Positions 33,165 through 40,664 of a stretch of DNA of 40,664 bases are shown piece after piece (the first letter of the stretch is position 1; each line of letters begins with the position of its first letter). The DNA is from Desulfobacterales bacterium (lineage in GTDB: Bacteria > Desulfobacterota > Desulfobacteria > Desulfobacterales > JAFDMD01), in contig JAOZTP010000002.1 of the NCBI GenBank assembly GCA_029939135.1, positions 1-40,664 on the forward strand, read 5' to 3'. The notes beneath the pieces are model-generated. The model did not search any database and was not told the origin of the DNA. It saw nothing but the letters and a program-made list of their open reading frames with translations. A program made the position numbers and the translations under genes.

Positions 33165-35120
33165 TTAATATTTTAGCTTAGAATATAGAGTCTTTTTGGA
33201 CGCCTCTATGGCGTCTTTTAAAGTAAAAATATTCTTTTTCTCAAGCATCGGAATCAGTTTTAAAAATATCTCCGCAGCAGCCAAAGCGTCTCCTGACGCC
33301 GTATGACGCCCTTTTATTTCAACTCCCGCAAGTTGAGCTATACTTTTTAAATCATGCCTTTGATGGGCGGGATAAACCGCCGAAGCCAAAATCATAGTAT
33401 CAAGAACCGGATTATCAAACTTTACTTTTGTATCCTTTTCTTTTACTTGCAGCAGCTTCATATCAAACCCTGCGTTATGAGCTAATAAAACCGTATCTTC
33501 GGCAAAATTATAAAAACTATGTAAAACCTTTTTAATAGTCGGCTTATCTTTTACCATAGAGCAGTTTATTCCATGAATCTTCTCTGCTTCCCAAGGTATT
33601 CGGATTCCAGGGTTTACTAATTCTTCAAATTTTTCTTTAGAAAGTAATTTATTATCCACAATTCTAACCGCCGCTATTGAGATGATCTCGTCCGTTTGGG
33701 TATTAAGCCCTGTAGTTTCCGTATCAAATACGGTATAAGCAAGGTCTTTAAGAAGGTAATCGTTTAAGCGCTGATGCTTAAAATGCTTTGTAAGAAGATC
33801 AAAATTGTAAAACTCCTGTTTTTCGTCTGTAATATCAATGCTTTGTATGGTTTCAGGATCTCCTATTTCAACTATCGGCATAAAAAGTTTAAGATATGTT
33901 CTGTTTAAAATACATGAAGAATCGATTGTAAGAATTCCTTCGTTATAATCTATAATTTCGGATAAAGTTATTAATATTTTTTTATTGTCCGCAGTTAATA
34001 CAGGCTGATTTAAGCTTGAAATAACCGTTTTTGCGGTTTCGTCGTCCGAAAGAATAAATAAAACCGCAAGCATATTTTTTTCTCTTGCAATCTTGCAATG
34101 AAAAAAATCCAAGCCTGTTTTTTCGCGAAATTTAATAACAATAAAAAGAAGCGCTAATATAAAGGAGTAGCTTTCCACCTTAATCCAGTTTGACTTTTCG
34201 GAAAATTCGGTGGTAATTTCCACGTCAAGTTGCTCTTTTGCTCTTTTACGAAACGTCGCCATAATATCTCTGTCCGAAACAGTAATAAGAGGCATTCTTT
34301 TTTTCATGTAACCGAGATAACCGTCTTCGGATTCAATCGCCTTTTTAACCAAAGCAATTTCCGCCGTCATGTCGTATAAAAAAAGAATAAATCCTATATA
34401 TTCTTTATTATTGCCCGTTATAGGGGAGGCTTGAACCTTTATAAGCTTTTGACTGTCGGTTACCATAAAAAAGGAGGATGATGCCTCAATATTATCTTTG
34501 TTTTGCCAAATGTTCGCTTCATAAAGGGCATGGTCCGTCAACTCCTTATCTATAATGCCAAAAATTGATCTTCCTATACCTATAAAATGGCTTTTGCTTT
34601 CTATGATCTTTGCCTCTTTATTAAAAAGAATTATCTTGCCTTCGGCGTTACAGGCAAGCGCTCCGTAAGGAAGTTGTTCCATAAAAGAGGCGAGAATATT
34701 TTTTTCGTTTTCCACAGCGGCTTTTGCTTCTTCTATTTCTAAGCTTACGTCCGTTTTTAATTTATCATATTCGTCCGCCATCTCGTTTATAAGGCGCGCC
34801 AAATTAAATACGGATTTTCCGCCTTCGGTTTTTATTCTATGAGACGGGTTAGAACTGATGATTAAGGCGGTTTCGTCCATAATTTTATTTAAAGGAATAA
34901 AAAAAATATTTAATAACGCATCCGCTACAAAACCGATGCCTCCGCAAAAAAATAAAAAGCAGATAAACAGATAACCGCCGTTCTCTTTTATAATTTTTAA
35001 AAGAAAACGCTGATCGTTTAAATCAAGCTTATTCCAAAACAGAAGCGATATAAGCAGAAAAAAAACAACGGTAACCGCTATGGATAATAAGGTAAAATAT
35101 AAGAATTTATTTTTTTTCAT
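33165..35120 (-). CDS. Membrane-anchored sensor (2 TM, HAMP/PAS-like) fused to a DnaQ-like DEDDh 3'-5' exonuclease
   Basis: Two N-terminal TM helices are followed by a coiled-coil and a PAS-like segment (FMEQLPYGALACNAEGKIILFNKEA). The exonuclease motifs are YTVFDTETTGL (ExoI), LLAHNAGFDMKLL (ExoII) and HTASGDALAAAEIF (ExoIII, H-type). Confidence 0.8.
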   Translation of the reverse strand: MKKNKFLYFTLLSIAVTVVFFLLISLLFWNKLDLNDQRFLLKIIKENGGYLFICFLFFCGGIGFVADALLNIFFIPLNKIMDETALIISSNPSHRIKTEGGKSVFNLARLINEMADEYDKLKTDVSLEIEEAKAAVENEKNILASFMEQLPYGALACNAEGKIILFNKEAKIIESKSHFIGIGRSIFGIIDKELTDHALYEANIWQNKDNIEASSSFFMVTDSQKLIKVQASPITGNNKEYIGFILFLYDMTAEIALVKKAIESEDGYLGYMKKRMPLITVSDRDIMATFRKRAKEQLDVEITTEFSEKSNWIKVESYSFILALLFIVIKFREKTGLDFFHCKIAREKNMLAVLFILSDDETAKTVISSLNQPVLTADNKKILITLSEIIDYNEGILTIDSSCILNRTYLKLFMPIVEIGDPETIQSIDITDEKQEFYNFDLLTKHFKHQRLNDYLLKDLAYTVFDTETTGLNTQTDEIISIAAVRIVDNKLLSKEKFEELVNPGIRIPWEAEKIHGINCSMVKDKPTIKKVLHSFYNFAEDTVLLAHNAGFDMKLLQVKEKDTKVKFDNPVLDTMILASAVYPAHQRHDLKSIAQLAGVEIKGRHTASGDALAAAEIFLKLIPMLEKKNIFTLKDAIEASKKTLYSKLKY

Positions 35121-35188
35121 ATCTTTATATTTGCCGTTATAAATTTTTTTTTAACCTTGCTCCTCAAAATAACAGGGTAAAAATAAGA

Positions 35189-35218
35189 GGCTGCCTTGTC
35201 AAATAAATCAAGAAATCC
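35189..35218. repeat. Family A half-site in the exonuclease/acs divergent region
   Basis: GGCTGCCTTGTCAAATAAATCAAGAAATCC. Confidence 0.45.
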
Positions 35219-35434
35219 TTTAATTGTTTTTCGGAATTATTTGCGGCTTTATTTTATGATGCCGCATAAAAAATATTGACTTGCATATAATAAATAAGCT
35301 ACATTCATTAAAAGTGTCAATACATAAAAATTATAGTAGGTTTTAGATAACATCCGCATAAATGCAAAGGTTGTTAATCGTAAAATTAAAATTGACGGCA
35401 AAACGTCTTAAAACCAGCGAAAGGAGAGGTAAAT

Positions 35435-37483
35435 ATGGCCAAGAATAAAACAGTTGATCAAAAAAATGTCGGAGGTTCAGAAAGTTCGATAGCAGTTCAT
35501 TGGCAGGAGGAAAAATATTTATATGCTTCGCCCGGATTTATAGGGCAGGCAAATCTTACGGACGAAACAATATTCGAGCGCTTTAGTCTTGATAATTTTC
35601 CAGATTATTTTACCGAATATGCAGATCTTTTAACATGGTATAAAGGTTGGGATACCGTTTTGGATACCAGCGATGCTCCATGTTGGAAGTGGTTTAAAGG
35701 CGGACTTATTAACGCTAGCTACAATTGTATAGACCGTCATCTTAAAGATAATAAAAACAAGACCGCAATTCATTATGTTCCGGAGCCTGAAAATGAAAAA
35801 ATCGAGCATATTACATATCAGGAGTTATATGTTCGAGTAAATGAATTTACGGCTCTTTTACGAGATTCTGCAGGGCTTAAAAGAGGCGACAGAGTAACTA
35901 TTCATATGCCAATGTCCGCGGAACTTCCGATAACTATGCTTGCCTGCGCAAGACTTGGAGTAATACACTCCGTAGTATTCGGCGGTTTTTCCGCAAGCGC
36001 TTGCGCAGACAGAATAATAGATTCTAACAGCCGAGTTTTAATAACAATGGACTCATATTACAGATCCGGAACGCTTCTTAATCATAAAAAAAGCGCTGAC
36101 GAAGCCGTTGAAATAGCAAAAAAAGGCGGACAAACAGTAGATACGGTATTGGTATGGGAGCGTTACCCTGGCAAATATTCTTCCGAAACTCCTATAGTCA
36201 AAGGCAGAGACTGCATTGTAAACGAGGAGCTTACAAAATATTACGGCGTAAGAGTAGAACCGGAAAAAATGCTTGCCGAAGATCCCCTATTTTTAATGTA
36301 CACAAGCGGAACTACCGGCAAACCAAAAGGATGCCAGCACGGAACCGGCGGTTATCTTTCTTACGTTGCCGGAACCGCAAAATATATTCAGGATATTCAT
36401 CCAGAAGATGTTTATTGGTGTATGGCGGATATCGGATGGATTACGGGACATTCTTATATAGTATATGGTCCCCTTTCATTAGGCGCTTCTACGGTAATAT
36501 ATGAAGGCGTTCCTACATATCCGGATGCAGGGCGTTCTTGGAGAATAGCTCAAGAACTTGACGTAAACATATTCCATACCGCTCCTACGGCAATACGAGC
36601 TTTAAGAAAAATAGGTCCGGACGAACCGGCAAAATACAATTATAATTTCAAACATATGACTACCGTAGGCGAGCCTATAGAGCCGGAAGTATGGAAATGG
36701 TATCATAAAGTCGTAGGAAAAGGAAAAGCCGTAGTTGTAGATACTTGGTGGCAAACCGAAACCGGAGGCTTTTTATGTAGCACGGTTCCGGCGTTACAAC
36801 CGATGAAACCGGGCAGCGCAGGCCCCGCGGTTCCGGGTATTCATCCGGTTATTTATGACGAAGACGGAAACGATATTCCGGCAGGCGCTGGCAAAGCAGG
36901 CAATATCTGTATAAGCAATCCGTGGCCTGGAGGCTTCCAAACAATTTGGGGCGATAGAGACAGGTTTGTAACAAATTATTATACGAGATACTGCAAAGAC
37001 CCTAACAGTAAAGATTGGAGAGATTGGCCTTATTTAACCGGCGACGCGGCTATGCAGGCGGAAGACGGATATTATAGAATTTTAGGCAGAATCGACGACG
37101 TTATTAACGTATCCGGTCATAGACTCGGAACAAAAGAGTTAGAATCCGCCGCTCTTACGGTGGGGGAAGTAGCCGAAGCCGCTGTTGTTCCTGTAGCTCA
37201 CGAAATAAAAGGAAAAGAACCAGATTTATACGTCGCATTAAAACCGGGCATAGCGGCTACCGAGGAGCTTGCAAAAAAGATTTCGGACGCAATATGTAAT
37301 AAAATCGGAAAAATTGCAAAACCGCGCAAAGTATGGCTTGTGCCCGATATGCCTAAAACCCGTTCCGGCAAAATTATGAGAAGAGTTTTAGCAGCAATTT
37401 CAAACAAAGGGGACGTAGGCAACGTTATGACTTTGGCAAACCCGGAAATAGTTGACGCTATAAAGAGGCAGGTTCAAAAATAA
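35435..37483 (+). CDS. acs: Acetyl-CoA synthetase (acetate--CoA ligase, AMP-forming)
   Basis: 682 aa with LMYTSGTTGKPKG, YWCMADIGWITGHSY, DTWWQTETGG, YLTGDAA and PKTRSGKIMRR. The RBS is AAAGGAGAGG. Confidence 0.95.
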   Translation: MAKNKTVDQKNVGGSESSIAVHWQEEKYLYASPGFIGQANLTDETIFERFSLDNFPDYFTEYADLLTWYKGWDTVLDTSDAPCWKWFKGGLINASYNCIDRHLKDNKNKTAIHYVPEPENEKIEHITYQELYVRVNEFTALLRDSAGLKRGDRVTIHMPMSAELPITMLACARLGVIHSVVFGGFSASACADRIIDSNSRVLITMDSYYRSGTLLNHKKSADEAVEIAKKGGQTVDTVLVWERYPGKYSSETPIVKGRDCIVNEELTKYYGVRVEPEKMLAEDPLFLMYTSGTTGKPKGCQHGTGGYLSYVAGTAKYIQDIHPEDVYWCMADIGWITGHSYIVYGPLSLGASTVIYEGVPTYPDAGRSWRIAQELDVNIFHTAPTAIRALRKIGPDEPAKYNYNFKHMTTVGEPIEPEVWKWYHKVVGKGKAVVVDTWWQTETGGFLCSTVPALQPMKPGSAGPAVPGIHPVIYDEDGNDIPAGAGKAGNICISNPWPGGFQTIWGDRDRFVTNYYTRYCKDPNSKDWRDWPYLTGDAAMQAEDGYYRILGRIDDVINVSGHRLGTKELESAALTVGEVAEAAVVPVAHEIKGKEPDLYVALKPGIAATEELAKKISDAICNKIGKIAKPRKVWLVPDMPKTRSGKIMRRVLAAISNKGDVGNVMTLANPEIVDAIKRQVQK

Positions 37484-37516
37484 CTAACTGCAATTAACAT
37501 TAATTTATTAAAAATA

Positions 37517-37555
37517 AAACGCCTCGGATTATAAATATAATTCGGGGCGTTTTTC
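37517..37555 (+). terminator. Rho-independent terminator of acs
   Basis: AAACGCCTCGG-(AT palindromic loop)-CGGGGCGTTTTTC. The GC-rich stem has one G-U pair and is followed by a T-run. Confidence 0.7.
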
Positions 37556-37641
37556 TTTAAACCCCTTCGCAACCTTTTTATTTTGTCCGTTTTTCGCAAG
37601 CTGCCAACACAACAAAATACTTTGTTGCGTAAAGGTCTTAT

Positions 37642-37690
37642 CCTGTCTGCTAATTATATAAATGAGAGCTCGGGCAAAGCAAGAAATACC
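37642..37690. repeat. Family A half-site (degenerate) on the left flank of the tandem array
   Basis: CCTGTCTGC...GAGAGCTCGGGCAAAGCAAGAAATACC. Confidence 0.4.
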
Positions 37691-37708
37691 TTTATTTTAT
37701 TCTAAATC

Positions 37709-38030
37709 AAGCGTTATTTCTATCATATAAGCGTTACAATTTTGATATAAACGCTGATATTATCAATATGAATGTTATATTTATTAATATAAATATTAAA
37801 TCATCAATATGAATATTAATTTTATAAATATGAATATTTATATTACCAACAAAAACGATAGTATCATAAAAACGATGATAAAATTAACTATATTAAGGTT
37901 GATATTGCAAAGACGAATATTTATATTATTAATATGAATGTGATATTGATAGAATAAAGATAATTGGCAAAGCTTTTAACAAGATTAAGATTCATATTGA
38001 TAAAATAAAGGTTAATATTGTCTATCTTTC
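37709..38030. repeat. Degenerate tandem array of 20-21-bp AT-rich units (iteron-like)
   Basis: Seven clear units lie head-to-tail at 37709-37852: AAGCGTTATTTCTATCATAT / AAGCGTTACAATTTTGATAT / AAACGCTGATATTATCAATAT / GAATGTTATATTTATTAATAT / AAATATTAAATCATCAATAT / GAATATTAATTTTATAAATAT / GAATATTTATATTACCAACAA. The motif ATATGAAT recurs at 37766, 37807, 37828 and 37932, giving spacings of 41, 21 and 104 nt. An inverted copy lies at 37990-37997. Confidence 0.7.
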
Positions 38031-38092
38031 GGAAAAAGTCCGCTAAAACGTCCAAAATCTACTTGCGTAACGGCAAGCAAAAAGAATTTTTT

Positions 38093-38121
38093 CCTGTATT
38101 TCGAGCAAAGCGCGAAATACC
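38093..38121. repeat. Family A half-site on the right flank of the tandem array
   Basis: CCTGTATTTCGAGCAAAGCGCGAAATACC. Confidence 0.5.
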
Positions 38122-38239
38122 TTTATTACTCCGCTTAATTCTAATTATTTTATATTTAAAAACAGATTTGAAATTTACGGCAAATTATGGTTGATCGGAT
38201 TAGCTATATTTAATAATTCAATATAAACGCAAAAATAAT

Positions 38240-38389
38240 AAAGGAATTTATCGCTTCGTTCGACAAAACAGGCTTCCTATTCTTGCCGTCTCATTTCGGC
38301 AAATATTATTTCCGGTTATCTTAACTTTTGGGCGCAGTATAATATTATTCCTGCTTGTCATTTCGACGAGCAAAGCGAGGAGAAATCCC
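38240..38389. repeat. Family A unit with expanded spacer
   Basis: AAAGGAATTTATCGCTTCGTTCGACAAAACAGGC ... CCTGCTTGTCATTTCGACGAGCAAAGCGAGGAGAAATCCC. Confidence 0.65.
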
Positions 38390-38418
38390 TTAATTAAATT
38401 ATAAATAAAGAAAAACTC

Positions 38419-38613
38419 ATGCCAAAAAACAGAATATCCTTATTTCCAAAACTTAAAACCCATTTTGAAAAAAAATTTGAAAAACTTAAAATTTATCAAA
38501 AAATCTTATACGGTACCGCCATTCTTTTTATACTGCTGTTTATCTTTCATCTTTTTCTTTTTTGCTATACCAAAATTCTAAATATCCTATTTAAATCAAA
38601 AGGAGGTTTTTAA
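38419..38613 (+). CDS. Hypothetical small membrane protein (possibly the first fragment of a broken gene)
   Basis: 64 aa with one strong TM segment (ILYGTAILFILLFIFHLFLFCY). There is no convincing RBS. An AGGAGG lies inside its 3' end. Confidence 0.3.
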   Translation: MPKNRISLFPKLKTHFEKKFEKLKIYQKILYGTAILFILLFIFHLFLFCYTKILNILFKSKGGF

Positions 38614-38785
38614 ATATAGGCATTATAGGCGATTTCCTTGCGGTTTTAAGCTTTGGGTTGTTGGCATACTCTCTATTGCAAACCTCAAACGCCTTAAAAA
38701 TACAGGCAAAAAACCTAAAGGCAAACCAAGAAGAATTACAATTAAACAGAGACGAAGCGATAGAGGCAAACAGGATAAAATTTGA

Positions 38786-39355
38786 ATGCGAGGTTATGGA
38801 GCGCTTACCGAAAATATAGAATACAAAAAACACGGCGGCGATAAATGGATAGCCGACAAAAAAAACGTTATTATAAGGCTAAACCTTTCCAATCTTATAC
38901 AAAATTATCCTGCGACACTTGCAACCCTTGTAAAAATAACAAGAGAAGAGGATAATGAACTTTTAACAGAGTTTGCTCATAATGTTATAAATAAAAATAA
39001 GGATAAACTTTACAATTTGAAATTTCCTGAAAACATAGACTTGAGAGCAGCGCAGCTGGAAGAAGCAGTCTTATTAGGAGCGCAACTACAAAACGCAGAC
39101 TTGAGCGAAGCATATTTGCAAGAAGCAAAACTTGACAACGCCCTTCTTTGCTATGCGGATTTAAAAGATGCAAATTTTTTAACCGCCGAACAGTTATCAA
39201 AAGCTTTCTCTTTGTATAATGTAAACAATTTAAATCCTGACTTGGAAAAAGAGATAAAGGAAAAATACCCGCATCTTTTAGAGCCTAATTATGAAATAAG
39301 AGAATGTAACGACAAAGACAAAGGGATACATTTTGCCGAAAAAAAGACCAATTAA
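38786..39355 (+). CDS. Pentapeptide-repeat protein
   Basis: The repeats are LRAAQLEEAVLLGAQLQNADLSEAYLQEAKLDNALLCYADLKDANFL, classic A(D/N)LXX repeats. The start is uncertain because a second open frame (38595-38818; TM helix plus coiled coil, no canonical start) overlaps the 5' end. Confidence 0.6.
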   Translation: MRGYGALTENIEYKKHGGDKWIADKKNVIIRLNLSNLIQNYPATLATLVKITREEDNELLTEFAHNVINKNKDKLYNLKFPENIDLRAAQLEEAVLLGAQLQNADLSEAYLQEAKLDNALLCYADLKDANFLTAEQLSKAFSLYNVNNLNPDLEKEIKEKYPHLLEPNYEIRECNDKDKGIHFAEKKTN

Positions 39356-39446
39356 ATTAAGAGCGCTTTTGACTATTAACGAGCCGTTTTATATATTTAC
39401 CGTAATCGGAAAACGAATAAATTAATAAAAGATTTTCAAAATAATA

Positions 39447-39531
39447 AAAGGATTTCTCGCTTTGCTCGACAAGACAGGCTTTTTATTTTTTTTTGCATGT
39501 CATTTTGACAAGCGCAGCGAGGAAAAATCCC
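39447..39531. repeat. Family A complete unit
   Basis: AAAGGATTTCTCGCTTTGCTCGACAAGACAGGC-tttttattttttttt-GCATGTCATTTTGACAAGCGCAGCGAGGAAAAATCCC. This is the inverted arrangement of the 22273 copy. Confidence 0.7.
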
Positions 39532-39629
39532 TGTATTTTTGTTACTTGATTATAATCGGAGAAAACAATAATATTAACTGTTAATTACAAACCAAATAAC
39601 AATGCCTTAAAATAAAAAGAGAATAGATT

Positions 39630-39920
39630 ATGACAAAGAATGAAATCCTTAATACTTTGAAACAGTATAAAAAAAAAAATGAAAGTAAATATCAGATACG
39701 GCGTATAGGTATCTTCGGTTCCGCCGCAAAGGGGCAAATGAACGAACAAAGCGATATTGATGTTGTAGTGGAATTGGGAAAGCAGGATTTGTTTAATATT
39801 GTAGGCATTAAACAGGAGCTGGAAGAGGCATTATATTATCCTATTGATATTATAAGCTACAGAATAAACATGAATAAATTTCTTAAAAAAAGAATAGATA
39901 AAGAGGCTATTTATGTATGA
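39630..39920 (+). CDS. mntA: MntA-type nucleotidyltransferase antitoxin
   Basis: 96 aa with the minimal NTase motif GIFGSAAKGQMNEQSDIDVVVEL. It overlaps the downstream gene by 8 nt (ATGTATGA). Confidence 0.85.
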   Translation: MTKNEILNTLKQYKKKNESKYQIRRIGIFGSAAKGQMNEQSDIDVVVELGKQDLFNIVGIKQELEEALYYPIDIISYRINMNKFLKKRIDKEAIYV

Positions 39921-40299
39921 TAAAGATATTTCTCTTGAAATCCTTCGTCAGATTTGCAATTCAATAGAAACTATTATTAAACGATTTAAGCCGATTATGT
40001 CTCCCGACGATTTTACTTATTCGGATGCAGGCTTGGAAAAGCTTGACGCTATTTGTATGCAGTTAATCGCTATAGGAGAAGGGCTAAAAAATTTGGACAA
40101 AGTTACTAATAACTCCTTATTAAAAAATTATCCTGATATTGAATGGAAAAAAATAAAAGGAATGCGAGATATTATTACTCATCATTATTTTGATTTAAAC
40201 GCAGAAGCAATTTATGAAGTCTGCAAAAATCATATTGAAAAATTAAGACAGACCATTAAAAAAATAATTAAAGATATTGAAAGCAAACCTTTCACTTAA
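39913..40299 (+). CDS. hepT: HepT (DUF86) HEPN-family toxin
   Basis: 128 aa with the Rx4HxY motif GMRDIITHHYFDL. The architecture is the canonical MntA/HepT pair. Confidence 0.85.
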   Translation: MYDKDISLEILRQICNSIETIIKRFKPIMSPDDFTYSDAGLEKLDAICMQLIAIGEGLKNLDKVTNNSLLKNYPDIEWKKIKGMRDIITHHYFDLNAEAIYEVCKNHIEKLRQTIKKIIKDIESKPFT

Positions 40300-40663
40300 T
40301 AATCTTACTTCCAACATTCCATAAATATAGCTTAACCCAAGCAAAAGAAAGCGTTAAAAGCGCCTCGTCATCCTTTTTGATTCTTCTTTTCAAATCTGGC
40401 TTTATTTTATACCTTTTAAAAAAGGTGGAAGAAAACAGAAACTCCCTAAACTTATCAATATTATATAAAGCCATAAAAGCCGCTTTTAACTTCGGATGAT
40501 CCGCAGCCTCCGGCGCCCAAGGCGGATATTGATAAAAAAGGCTTTTTATTTGAGACCATAATATCGTCTTTTTATTATATAAAACGGCATCCTGATCCTT
40601 TATCCAAGATTCCGGCGTCCATTCCTTTTTTTCATTCTTACCTTCGCAAAACTCCGGCGGCTT
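40292..40663 (-). CDS. Hypothetical protein, 5' end outside the window
   Basis: The frame is open from the window edge: KPPEFCEGKNEKKEWTPESWIKDQDAVLYNKKTILWSQIKSLFYQYPPWAPEAADHPKLKAAFMALYNIDKF... The track lists only the last 60 aa. No motif recognised. It is convergent with hepT and overlaps it by 8 nt. Confidence 0.4.
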   Translation of the reverse strand, partial: KPPEFCEGKNEKKEWTPESWIKDQDAVLYNKKTILWSQIKSLFYQYPPWAPEAADHPKLKAAFMALYNIDKFREFLFSSTFFKRYKIKPDLKRRIKKDDEALLTLSFAWVKLYLWNVGSKIIK

Positions 40664-40664
40664 A

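Noticed and set aside
37709-38030. CRISPR array
   Set aside because: The repeats are contiguous 20-21-bp degenerate units with no unique spacers between them. They are extremely AT-rich, and there are no cas genes or a leader. This is a tandem repeat, not a CRISPR array.
1-40664. tRNA, rRNA, tmRNA, riboswitches (for example AdoCbl upstream of eutBC), integrases or transposases
   Set aside because: I scanned by eye for T-loop-like GGTTCGAATCC motifs, conserved rRNA blocks and cobalamin-box-like sequence at 29848-29990 and found nothing convincing. No ORF has DDE, tyrosine-recombinase or serine-recombinase motifs. A tRNAscan or Infernal run would be needed to be definitive.

Overview
AT-rich chromosomal segment, probably from a strictly anaerobic, Desulfobacterota-like bacterium (inferred from gene content). 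It mixes core genes with accessory patches and has many intergenic repeats.

Core genes: aroB, a DAHP-synthase/chorismate-mutase fusion, murA, comEC, fdhD and acs.

Clearest call: a minus-strand operon at 10509-18867. It reads as AOR-family tungsten enzyme, 4Fe-4S protein, HdrD-like protein, long HdrA-like protein and MvhD-ferredoxin fusion. This order matches class II benzoyl-CoA reductase bamBCDEF. Both bamE and bamF carry an in-frame TGA at a conserved Cys position, which I read as selenocysteine. The ORF track therefore splits bamE in two and truncates bamF.

Accessory content:
- Two overlapping large orphan genes (23294-27108) with no motif I can assign. This is my best candidate for an undescribed system.
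- A HEPN-like (Rx4H) protein with at least four zinc ribbons, next to a tandem zinc-ribbon mini-protein.
- A cNMP/CBS/DUF294 nucleotidyltransferase and a membrane PAS-DEDDh exonuclease, divergent from acs.
- A fused EutB-EutC with an N-terminal signal or anchor peptide and no other eut genes nearby.
- An autotransporter broken by two frameshifts.
- An intact MntA/HepT pair, a decayed BrnT/BrnA pair and a decayed DUF4160/DUF2442 pair.

Non-coding DNA:
- Family B: ERIC-like long imperfect palindromes that abut stop codons.
- Family A: a 'GTCATTTCGAC...GAGGAGAAATCCC' half-site repeat.
- A 20-21 bp phased AT-rich tandem array.

I recognised no rRNA, tRNA, CRISPR array, integrase or transposase. 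All homology statements come from motif recognition by eye and need profile searches to confirm.
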